Assembly: GCA_963669175.1 (NCBI GenBank)
Contig: OY769902.1
Span: 4,896,001-4,960,000 of the forward strand
Length of the DNA stretch: 64,000 nucleotides
Origin: a bacterium
GTDB taxonomy: Bacteria > Electryoneota > Electryoneia > Electryoneales > Electryoneaceae
Direction: 5' to 3'
Part shown: positions 9,028 to 17,933 of the stretch, piece by piece
Layout of the letters: each line of letters starts with the position of its first letter
Numbering within the stretch: position 1 is the stretch's first letter
The notes under the pieces: generated by a model
What the model saw: the letters and a program-made list of their open reading frames with translations, nothing else
Database searches by the model: none
Told to the model about the DNA's origin: nothing
Made by a program: the position numbers and the translations under genes

Positions 9028-9262
9028 AAGTTGAAAAGTTAACAAGTTGGAAAGTTTAAAAGTTATTGTTCTCTATTGGCCCCGCCGACGAGAAACACGC
9101 TGAAGCGACACCATTGGCCTCGCCGGCTTGAAGTCGACGTAGCTTGCGAAGGCGACTGCCCGGCGGTGGTCTATTTTAATTAAATTTGAGAGTTAAGTCC
9201 TCACGTATTCATCCCCATGAAGAACCTGTCCCCGAAAGCAGTAGTCGGGGATGGGGATCCAG
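9028..9262 (+). repeat. Octamer array (AAGTTxxA) + REP-A palindrome + TCATCCCC-type palindrome
   Basis: AAGTTGAAAAGTTAACAAGTTGGAAAGTTTAAAAGTT; then TATTGGCCCCGCCG...TGCCCGGCGGTGGTCTATT...GAGTTAAGTCC (9074-9200); then TCATCCCC...GGGGATCC. Confidence 0.8.
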
Positions 9263-9354
9263 GCAAGGTGGGCAGAGTGAGTAAGCAGTATTAAAGTGAG
9301 TTGGTAAATTGAAGAGTCCTTGTCATCCTTCGCATCCTGTACATTCAACAACAG

Positions 9355-11046
9355 TCACTTCACATAGTGTAACCTGACAGTCTGACCACTTCCCTCAACA
9401 GGTTCAAAGCGCAGAAAATAGGTTCCCGAAGCCAGTCCCGGTTCCGGTGTCCAGATGAAACGGTTTGTGCCTGCTGAAAAACGTCTCGCCCCTTTCGCAA
9501 TAGTCCTCCCCAACAGATCGAACACCTGAAATTCCACCAGACCCGCTTCCGGGGTTCTACAAGTGACGGTCACACTACGGTTGAACGGGGAAGGATAAGC
9601 AGATACGATCTCAAAGGATTCCGGGAGGGTGGACGTTTGAGGTTGCCGGGCGACACTGTTGACACCTGCAAGAGTGCCGTTGGTATACATCTTATACAAC
9701 CAGAGTTGACGGCCAGCATTGCGGTAATCATTCCGCATTAAAATGACAACACTACTATCCTGTTCAATATAGACTGCATCAGACATTCCTAAATGGGGAG
9801 TACTAATTATATTATACGCTACGAAATGCTGTTCGGGATATTGTCCCCATAATACCGTGCCTGTGCTATCAATACGATATCCACACAATCCTTCCATGTT
9901 CGGAATGGTTTCATCTGATCCCCATCCATAAAACGCTAGAACGCCATTATTGCCGTCGTATGCTACACAAGTTCGTGGCGCTAAAGTAAAATAGGTGTTT
10001 TCAATGGAGTCAGCCAGAATTTCATACGTATCCCAATAGGGAGTGCCATCCAGTTTGATACGTGATATCCGGGCCTGGTGCATATCAAGTTCGCCAACAG
10101 ATACAAAGCTGGTATCGGGCATAATCAGGATATTTGACGGGTTATCACCACTACACAAAATGTATCCTTCCTCTCCCCATGGTTGAGAACCATCAGCGCA
10201 AACACGAGTATACCAATAAACAGAGTATAGGCTTCTTTGTTGATAGATAAATCCTCCCTGAAGATCAGATACAACATACCACGCATCATCCCACTGGTTG
10301 ATGATTTGTTTCGACTCATAGCGCAGGCTGCCGTCTGCATGGACCTGATTGTATCGGGAATCGCCTGCATTATTGCTGTAGGTAATAGCATAAATACCGC
10401 CGGAGGAATCCGGGCAAAATATCACTAAACCATATACAAAACCAAAATCAATATCATCTTCGGTTTTCAGACTACCGTCCGCATTGACACCGCAGATATA
10501 GCCCTGCCGACTGAACGCAGGGGTGTAATGCATCCAGCAACCGCCACTCCCATCCTCGGCAAAGTCATACACACATTCCATTTGCAATGCATGAACGCCA
10601 GGATCGTTTTGAGAGACACGAATCGCTTCATCCCAGACTCGTTCCCCTTCCAGCGTAAACCGTTGGGCATACAGGCTCCAGGTGGAATCCGGCTCCCAGG
10701 AGTTCACACCGACAATGATTGTTTCATCTATCGAAGGCATACTACCTACCAGATCGGCCGTGAATTCCAGTGAATCAGCGAAAAACTGAACTCCCTGATC
10801 CGGGAACAGGGCATAGCCATCCCTGTCAATACGCTGAATTCGTACTGTTCCATCCTGCAAACGATCAAAGATTACCCAAACACCACCGTATCCATCAGGA
10901 AATATCTTCCATGATCCTGCATATTCTGTTATGCACACGCCGCCGTCTTCCTCGGACCACTGGGCGTGGGAAGGATTGTTCACAAGCAGAGCAATACAGG
11001 TAACGGCCAGACACAGGATGAAAAGACGAAGGCGTGAGGTCTTCAT
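9355..11046 (-). CDS. Secreted beta-propeller-like protein with T9SS type A-like C-terminal sorting domain
   Basis: Signal peptide (SHA-QW), repeated DGxGG..(Q)R...G...W units, C-terminal AYPSPFN..VFDLLGR..LASGTYF..VK. Confidence 0.85.
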   Translation of the reverse strand: MKTSRLRLFILCLAVTCIALLVNNPSHAQWSEEDGGVCITEYAGSWKIFPDGYGGVWVIFDRLQDGTVRIQRIDRDGYALFPDQGVQFFADSLEFTADLVGSMPSIDETIIVGVNSWEPDSTWSLYAQRFTLEGERVWDEAIRVSQNDPGVHALQMECVYDFAEDGSGGCWMHYTPAFSRQGYICGVNADGSLKTEDDIDFGFVYGLVIFCPDSSGGIYAITYSNNAGDSRYNQVHADGSLRYESKQIINQWDDAWYVVSDLQGGFIYQQRSLYSVYWYTRVCADGSQPWGEEGYILCSGDNPSNILIMPDTSFVSVGELDMHQARISRIKLDGTPYWDTYEILADSIENTYFTLAPRTCVAYDGNNGVLAFYGWGSDETIPNMEGLCGYRIDSTGTVLWGQYPEQHFVAYNIISTPHLGMSDAVYIEQDSSVVILMRNDYRNAGRQLWLYKMYTNGTLAGVNSVARQPQTSTLPESFEIVSAYPSPFNRSVTVTCRTPEAGLVEFQVFDLLGRTIAKGARRFSAGTNRFIWTPEPGLASGTYFLRFEPVEGSGQTVRLHYVK

Positions 11047-11126
11047 GGTGGTCTCGTGATAAGCATGATTTCAGTACTAAACTGCATGATCTGGAGATGA
11101 AATGGCAAGAGTTTGAGAGGCTTCTG

Positions 11127-11918
11127 AAGTTTGAAGTTAACAAGTTGGAAGGTTCGAAAGTTACTTCAATGGCCCCGTCGGCTTGAAGCACGCTGAAGCG
11201 AAGAAGTCCTGACTCACACCCACCATGTCATCCCCGACTTTACTTGTGCGCCGAGGCGTATCGGGGATCTCGAGATGCGATGTTAGTATCCTATTGGCCC
11301 CGCCGGCTTGAAGCATGCTGTAGCGAAGCGGAAGCGGCTGCCCGGCGGTGGTCTATTTTAATTGAATTAAAGAGGTTAGTCCTTCTGTTTTCATTCGCGC
11401 CGAGTGTGAAGTAGTACAAAAACACGTAGCGACACTTTCATCCACATGAAGATGGACACCGAAGTTTGCGATGTACCGTCTTTGGGGGACAGCCGTAGTA
11501 AACTGGTAAACTGTGTAAACTGGGGACAGACGGTAGTTTTCTTCAATGGTGGTAACATAATAACTACCGTCTGTCCCTATTTTTAGGGGGACAGCCGTAA
11601 ATCCAGTCAAGCCGGAAAGAGCGAGAAAGCCAGTACTCCAACCAGAAACGTCGAAAATAACGCCTTAAATACTATTTGATGCACAACCGGAAAGTACGCT
11701 TAAGCGCACTCACGTGATTTATCGCCATCCTACACCCCGGCTGAAGCCGGGTGCTAAGAAGAGCAGGCTGAAGCCTGCTAAATCAAATATTGCCCTATCT
11801 CTTCTGAGTTGAAAAGTCAAAAAGTTGAAAAGTTGACAAGTTGGAAAGTTCCAAAGTTATTGCATTCAAGTCATTTATCCTGACTATCCTTGTCATCCTT
11901 TTCATCCTGCAAATTCAA
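11127..11918. repeat. Cluster of multiple REP-like and short-repeat families
   Basis: Octamer arrays (11127, ~11806), REP-A (11168, 11291-11385), GTCATCCCCGA..TCGGGGATCTC (~11227), GGGGACAG inverted pair (~11520-11578), CCCCGGCTGAAGCCGGG (~11734), ATCCT nonamers (~11875-11915). Confidence 0.75.
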
Positions 11919-12312
11919 CCAACGCCCACACACATAGAACTGCCTTGCCTCATTGCTGACACGCTTTTTGCAATGCCCCCCTTCTCACTGTTGCATTCGC
12001 GACATTCAGTGTTGCATCTCCGTCTATCAGGACAATCATAGATGCGCAGGCTTGTTCTGTATACTGCTATAACGCTCCGGTCAATATGCCTCCCGGACAT
12101 CCCGACCCTTCAGTTACGACTGCAATCAGGCATCCCAAACATCTCTACATCTGCAACACATGTGAAAAGAATCGCAAAAGAGCGTATCTGCATTCATTAC
12201 AGCCCTGACGCGAACATCCCACCTGCTCCATGTTGACTCCGTTAATCACTATTGATTCATTTTTACGTAGCGTATTCAACTATTCTGCATTCATATTGAA
12301 TTGTTTACAGAC

Positions 12313-12350
12313 AAAGTGTTGCAACACTTTATGCAACAGTAGATGCAACA
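12313..12350. promoter_or_regulatory. Putative transcription-factor site
   Basis: Perfect 18-bp palindrome AAAGTGTTGCAACACTTT plus TGCAACA repeated at a 12-bp period (12320, 12332, 12344). Confidence 0.4.
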
Positions 12351-12715
12351 CTTAAAACACAATTCACGAAATAGAAATATGTTAGATTGCTTACATTTCG
12401 TCAGAATTCGACCAGGACTCGCGCTGCACAGTCGCTGTAACCCGTGACAATAAAACGAGATTCACAACATCCAGGAGCACTGAAAGGGGTTCGTATAAAA
12501 ATTAGTCCCCTAAAAATAAACTCTCCTAACTTGGAAATAATTTTTGCGCATTTAATTTGCCAAGACCTGGAGCTGTTGCAAGCAACAGAATATCAGCAAC
12601 ATAGCAAGACATCGGGCAAATACATGAATAGTAGATCTATTTGTATAGAAATACCGCAATCACAACGCTTTACATAGACAAGGCATTGAAAATGAATTAT
12701 ATTGGTGTTCGCTCT

Positions 12716-12733
12716 ACGTGAATTCTATCACAT
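12716..12733. promoter_or_regulatory. Rex- or CRP/FNR-family-like site upstream of redox operon
   Basis: aCGTGA-ATTCTA-TCACAt about 105 bp upstream of ATG 12837; resembles TGTGA-N6-TCACA and TTGTGAA-N4-TTCACAA. Confidence 0.4.
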
Positions 12734-12836
12734 ATTCTCTCATTCTCGCGGCAAAATACGATTGATTTTTTGTTGGTTTTCTTGGATTCTACCGTTGCAT
12801 TCTCCGGTTGCGGCAGGAAACAGAAGGACGTACACC

Positions 12837-14291
12837 ATGATTCGGTTGTCTGAAGAGGAACGCAAAAAGGCGTTAGCCATCCCAAAAAAAGATGAGGTGG
12901 TTGAACGCCAGAAACTCCCCGTTCGCTATCATGTAGAAGAGGAGTTCCTGGTCATGGAGGATCGTCCCAGGCGCTTTCTTGAAGCGTTTGCGGCCATTCT
13001 CAAACATACGAATTATCGGTTTGTGCTGGACCATTACATCCGTACGTCGGCCAAGTGCTCCCGTTGCACAGTACAGTGCCAGGTTCACGAAGCGACACAG
13101 GACCCGCATGACATTCCCTGTTTTCGTTCCGAGCTGCTGCTGAAGGTCTATCGCAGGCACTTCACGGTCGCGGGCATGATGAAGGGACGTTTGACCGGCG
13201 ATCCGGGTCTGACGGATGAGGATATTCAGAAAATGGCGCAGTCATTTTACGATTGCACTGCCTGCCGTCGTTGCCAGATCGAGTGCCCGGTCGGTATTGA
13301 CCACGGTATGATCACTCACCTGGGCCGTTGGATCCTGGCTGAAATCGGGATTGCTTCACGTGCGCTTGTAGTCAGTACACGTGAACAACTGGTTGGCGAA
13401 ACCAAGAACACTTCGGCGATTCCGGTTCCGGCATTGATGAACTCCCTGGAGTTCCTCGAAGAGGAAATGGAAGAGACCAAGGCGGCTGAGGTCAAGTTCC
13501 CGGTTGATGTGGAAGGCGCGGACTACCTCTTCCTCGCCCCGGTATCCGACTTCATGATGGAAGCGGAGACCTTGATGGGCATCGCCTGTGTATTGCATGC
13601 GACCAACGCTTCCTGGACCATCGGCACCGGCAACTATGACGGTATCAACTACGGTCTGTTCTACTCTGACCACGTGCTGGAAAAAGTGCTGGAAAATGTG
13701 GAAAAGGAAGTGGAACGGCTGAAGATCAAGAAAGCCATTCTGATTGGTGAATGCGGCCACGCCAGCCGTAGCGCCAAATTCTTCTACAATACGTTCGCCA
13801 AGCGCACCAAGATGCCCGTGATCAACATCCTGGAATATACCTACGAGCATCTGAACGAGATCAAGTTTGACACCGAGATGATCACGGAAACCGTGACCTA
13901 TCACGATCCCTGCAACATCGCTCGTCCGGGCTGGATCATCAAGCAGCCGCGTGCCATCATCCGTGCGTTCATCAAGAACTTTGTCGAGATGACCCCGAAC
14001 GGTTTGAACAACGTCTGCTGTGGCGGCGGTGGTGGTACGGTTTCGATTGATGAAATCCGTCCATACCGCACCACGATTGGCGGCGCGAAAAAAGCCAACA
14101 TGATCCGTGCTACGATCACGGAAGGCCAGGACCATTACACAATCGCCCCGTGTGCCAACTGTAAAAAGCAATTGAAGGAGGTGATTGAAGATCAGGAAAT
14201 CCCATCCACGCTGGTAGGGCTGCATGACCTGATCTACAAGGCGATCATCCTTTCAGACGATGGTCAGGCCTGGCATGAGCCGGAATACTAG
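12837..14291 (+). CDS. Fe-S/CCG-domain oxidoreductase (HmcF/TmcB/DsrK/HdrD-like)
   Basis: CTACRRCQIECP 4Fe-4S motif, GECGH, YHDPCN, CCGGGGG, PCANC; start at ATG 12837 after GAAGGA. Confidence 0.9.
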   Translation: MIRLSEEERKKALAIPKKDEVVERQKLPVRYHVEEEFLVMEDRPRRFLEAFAAILKHTNYRFVLDHYIRTSAKCSRCTVQCQVHEATQDPHDIPCFRSELLLKVYRRHFTVAGMMKGRLTGDPGLTDEDIQKMAQSFYDCTACRRCQIECPVGIDHGMITHLGRWILAEIGIASRALVVSTREQLVGETKNTSAIPVPALMNSLEFLEEEMEETKAAEVKFPVDVEGADYLFLAPVSDFMMEAETLMGIACVLHATNASWTIGTGNYDGINYGLFYSDHVLEKVLENVEKEVERLKIKKAILIGECGHASRSAKFFYNTFAKRTKMPVINILEYTYEHLNEIKFDTEMITETVTYHDPCNIARPGWIIKQPRAIIRAFIKNFVEMTPNGLNNVCCGGGGGTVSIDEIRPYRTTIGGAKKANMIRATITEGQDHYTIAPCANCKKQLKEVIEDQEIPSTLVGLHDLIYKAIILSDDGQAWHEPEY

Positions 14292-14374
14292 GATGTTCCG
14301 GCCCCGGATTTTCCAGGTGAAGATCCGGCACAACAACGCAAAAAAGAAAAGAAAACATACAGACGGAGGACGTA

Positions 14375-15079
14375 GTGGAAGCCTGGCTTGAGTTTGGACG
14401 CGGCCCGCTGTTCCGGCTCTGTTTCACGCTGATGGTGCTGGGATTACTCCGAACCTTCGCCATGTCGCTTATCGGCATGGTTGAAGCGTACTACAGGGCC
14501 GGTGACAAGACCGTTCCCTGGGGCGCCCTGGTCAAGAAGACCCTGGGTTGGATATTCCCGGTGAACCGCATCTGGCGCGCACGCCCGGTATACAGCACGA
14601 TTTCATTCCTGTGGCATATCGGCCTGATCCTGGTTCCGCTTTTCCTGGCAGCGCATGTGATGTTGTGGAAAAAAAGTGTTGGCTTTGGCTGGCCGACGCT
14701 TCCACAGACCTGGGCTGATTACCTGACGATACTGGCTATCGTTGGCGCCATTGCCCTGTTTATCGGACGTGTTGGCAGCAAGTGGGCGCGCACGTTGAGC
14801 CGTCCGCAGGATTATATCTGGCCGCTGCTTCTGGCGATCCCGTTCATCAGTGGCTACCTGTGTGTCAACGCGGAACTGACCGCGCATGAATACCAGGTAT
14901 GGATGCTGATTCACGTGTATTCCGCGAACGTCATCATGCTTTCGATCCCGTTCACCAAGGTCGCGCACTGTATCCTGTTCCCACTGTCACAGTTTGTCAG
15001 CGGTCTTGGCTGGAAGTTCCCGAAGTATGCGGGTGATCGTGTGGCCAAAACACTCGGGAAGGGAGATATGCCGGTATGA
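14375..15079 (+). CDS. NarI-like membrane cytochrome b (HmcE/TmcC/DsrM-like)
   Basis: About 5 TM helices with His ligands (LWHIG, AAHV, LIHV, PFTKVAH). Confidence 0.85.
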   Translation: MEAWLEFGRGPLFRLCFTLMVLGLLRTFAMSLIGMVEAYYRAGDKTVPWGALVKKTLGWIFPVNRIWRARPVYSTISFLWHIGLILVPLFLAAHVMLWKKSVGFGWPTLPQTWADYLTILAIVGAIALFIGRVGSKWARTLSRPQDYIWPLLLAIPFISGYLCVNAELTAHEYQVWMLIHVYSANVIMLSIPFTKVAHCILFPLSQFVSGLGWKFPKYAGDRVAKTLGKGDMPV

Positions 15080-15888
15080 GTTACGCGATCCTGACCGATA
15101 CGACCAGGTGCATCGGCTGCCGTGAATGTGTAGCCGCCTGCAAAGTGACCTGGAACCTTGAAGGGGACGTCCCCCGTCGCTGGTCCAAGAACGATGGCCT
15201 GTCCGCCTTGAACTGGACTTCCATCGTGGAAAAAGGCCCGGACGAGTATGTTCGCAAGCAGTGCCGTCACTGTAAAGAACCGGCCTGCGCGTCTGCCTGC
15301 CCGGTTGGCGCATTGCACCATACGCCTGAAGGCCCGGTTGTTTACGACGCTCACAAGTGTCTTGGTTGCCGCTACTGCATGATGGCCTGCCCCTACGGTA
15401 TCCCGCGTTATGACTGGGACAGCGCGGTGCCTTATGTCCGCAAGTGCATCATGTGTTACCCGCGCATCAAGGACGGCCAGCAGCCGGCCTGCACGGAAGC
15501 CTGCCCGGTAGACGCGACCATTTTCGGCGACCGTGATGAGCTGATCGCCGAAGCGCACCGCCGAATCAAGGCGGAACCGGACAAATACATTGACCATGTC
15601 TGGGGCGAGCACGAAGTTGGCGGCACCAATGTGCTGTACATCTCCAGCTTCGACCTGTCCTGCCTGACCTATGGACGTCCGCTGGACGACAAGCCGCTTC
15701 CGGCGCGTACCCGTCCGGCGATGAACGCTGTCCTGCCGACCTTTGGCGTCATGTTCGCCACTATGGGCGGCCTGGGCTGGCTGATCGGACGCCGCATGGA
15801 AAACGCCCAGACCGACCAACCTGAACAGGAAGCGCCGAAAGATAACGACACATCCAATGATGACCAGGGGGAGGTCAACAATGGATAG
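15076..15888 (+). CDS. 4x[4Fe-4S] ferredoxin-like subunit (HmcB/HybA/NrfC-like) with C-terminal TM anchor
   Basis: CIGCRECVAAC, CRHCKEPACASACP, CLGCRYCMMACP, KCIMC..PACTEACP, GEHEVGGT, C-terminal hydrophobic helix. Confidence 0.92.
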   Translation: MSYAILTDTTRCIGCRECVAACKVTWNLEGDVPRRWSKNDGLSALNWTSIVEKGPDEYVRKQCRHCKEPACASACPVGALHHTPEGPVVYDAHKCLGCRYCMMACPYGIPRYDWDSAVPYVRKCIMCYPRIKDGQQPACTEACPVDATIFGDRDELIAEAHRRIKAEPDKYIDHVWGEHEVGGTNVLYISSFDLSCLTYGRPLDDKPLPARTRPAMNAVLPTFGVMFATMGGLGWLIGRRMENAQTDQPEQEAPKDNDTSNDDQGEVNNG

Positions 15889-17872
15889 AGTACGCAAGCT
15901 GAAACTGGTCCTCTGGACCATCTTCGGATTGGCCTTTGCGGTTGCTGTAACCCGTTTCGCCGTTGGACTTGGCGCTACGACCAACCTGAATGATGGGTAT
16001 GGCTGGGGTTTCTGGATCGGCTTTGATGTTATGGGTGGTGTCGCTCTTGCGGCCGGTGGTTTCGTCATCACCGCCATCGTGTACATCTTCCGTAAGGAAG
16101 AGTTCCACGGCATCGTCAAACCAGCCGTTTTGACCGCTTTCCTGGGCTATGTGGCTGTGATTGTCGGCCTCCTGTTCGACCTGGGTTTACCTTGGAACAT
16201 CTGGCACATGATCATTTTCTGGAACCCTCATTCCCCGCTGTTTGAGGTCGGCTGGTGTGTCATGTTGTACACCACCGTTTTGCTTCTGGAATTCAGCCCG
16301 GTACCGCTTGAGCCGTTCAGCGCGTGGGCGAAAATACGTGCGTTCCTGATCAAGTTCCGGATGCTGTTTGTCGTGCTGGGTATTTCACTTTCCACCCTGC
16401 ACCAGTCATCCCTGGGAAGCCTGTTCCTGATCATGCCGCATCGTCTGCATCCCTTGTGGTATACCCCGATCCTGCCGATCCTGTTCTTCGTCTCGGCGGT
16501 GATGCTGGGCTTCTACATGGTTTGCTGGGAAAGCCTGTTCACTACCCACATGTACCGCCGTGAAAAAGAAGCAAGCCTGCTGGGCAAGCTTCTGGGCGTG
16601 GCACGATGGGTAATGCTGCTTTACCTGATCATTCGCTTCGGTGACCTGGCCGTCCGTGGCCAGCTTGGTTACCTGACAGAGGGTGGCTACTATACCAACC
16701 TGTTCTGGACCGAAGTGCTGGTTATGGCGATTATCCCGTTCATCCTGACCCTAATCCCACGTGTTGTGAAAAGCACCGCGGGCCAGTGGTTCATCGCCAG
16801 TTTCGGTGTCTTCGGTGTCGTACTGAACCGTACCGATGTCGGTGGACTGGCTCATCAGATCGGCGGCGGGGTGCACTACGCACCAGCTTGGTCAGAATAT
16901 GTTGTCAGCGCGGGTGTGGTATCCCTGGCGGGTCTGATATTCATGTTCTTTGTTGAACATTTCAAGGTCTGGGAACACCGGCCGGCCGATCCTCATGCCG
17001 ACCCGGAAACATTGCCTGAATTTGACAGCGCCAGCCAGGTATCCCTTGGTACGCCACACATCGCAGCCCGCAGCACCTTCTCCCTGGCGTTTATCATTGC
17101 CATGGGTGTCGGCTTCATGCTGCTCGCCGGCGAAAAGGTAACCAGCAAGGGTATCGATCCCACCCCGGTCCATGCAGCGCGTGGTGACCAGGATACGTTG
17201 TGGATTGATGGCAACCTGGACGGCTACGGTGTCGCGTTCCCGCATAAAGTCCATGAGACCAACAATGGCGGCCCGGAATCCTGCGTGAAGTGCCACCACA
17301 TGAACCTGCCGTTGGACAAGCAGTCGGTATGCGCCGAGTGCCACTACGACATGTATATCGCAGTGGACGCGTTCAAGCATGACTGGCATGCTTCACCCGA
17401 TGGCGGCAACGTGCAGTGTGTGAAGTGCCACAATGAAGGCGTTCCACGCAGCGCCGATACGGCTTCATTGAAGGAAGGTGTATACGATTGCAGCGCCTGC
17501 CACAACGACCTGTTCCCGGCCGGTGCTACGATTGTCGTTGAACAGTACGATGCCCTCGGCTACGCACAGGCCATGCATACACTTTGCATCGATTGCCATG
17601 TGGATACTGCCAGCGCACGCGCCCTCGCAGCGTTGAAGTACAACCAGGAAGAACCGGCTGGAAGTGATGCGGGAATGGATGCCGGGGCGAAGGATTATTC
17701 CCAGGCGGAACTGATCGCATACAACGATGAACATTTCAAGGTTCTGACCAAGTGCTCGGTCTGCCATACCGGCGAAATTCGTGAGACGGTACAGCTTACC
17801 GACACCCAGAAAGCCTTGGGCGGTACAGTCACTGCTTGCCCTGTACTGCCGCCGCAGGAGCTGAAGAAGTAG
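15881..17872 (+). CDS. NrfD/HybB/HmcC-family membrane subunit fused to hexaheme class III-like cytochrome c
   Basis: GLGATTNLND, DVMGGVALAAGGF, SPLFEV, STLHQSSLG (HybB/HmcC); six C-terminal CxxCH motifs (CVKCH, CAECH, CVKCH, CSACH, CIDCH, CSVCH) and VAFPHKVH. Confidence 0.92.
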   Translation: MDRVRKLKLVLWTIFGLAFAVAVTRFAVGLGATTNLNDGYGWGFWIGFDVMGGVALAAGGFVITAIVYIFRKEEFHGIVKPAVLTAFLGYVAVIVGLLFDLGLPWNIWHMIIFWNPHSPLFEVGWCVMLYTTVLLLEFSPVPLEPFSAWAKIRAFLIKFRMLFVVLGISLSTLHQSSLGSLFLIMPHRLHPLWYTPILPILFFVSAVMLGFYMVCWESLFTTHMYRREKEASLLGKLLGVARWVMLLYLIIRFGDLAVRGQLGYLTEGGYYTNLFWTEVLVMAIIPFILTLIPRVVKSTAGQWFIASFGVFGVVLNRTDVGGLAHQIGGGVHYAPAWSEYVVSAGVVSLAGLIFMFFVEHFKVWEHRPADPHADPETLPEFDSASQVSLGTPHIAARSTFSLAFIIAMGVGFMLLAGEKVTSKGIDPTPVHAARGDQDTLWIDGNLDGYGVAFPHKVHETNNGGPESCVKCHHMNLPLDKQSVCAECHYDMYIAVDAFKHDWHASPDGGNVQCVKCHNEGVPRSADTASLKEGVYDCSACHNDLFPAGATIVVEQYDALGYAQAMHTLCIDCHVDTASARALAALKYNQEEPAGSDAGMDAGAKDYSQAELIAYNDEHFKVLTKCSVCHTGEIRETVQLTDTQKALGGTVTACPVLPPQELKK

Positions 17873-17895
17873 ACCGCTAGATATGCTTTGTATAC

Positions 17896-17931
17896 AACCC
17901 TCCGCTGGCTGAAATCCAACGGAGGGTTTTT
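17896..17931. terminator. Intrinsic terminator between convergent genes
   Basis: AACCCTCCG...CGGAGGGTTTTT. Confidence 0.7.
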
Positions 17932-17933
17932 GC

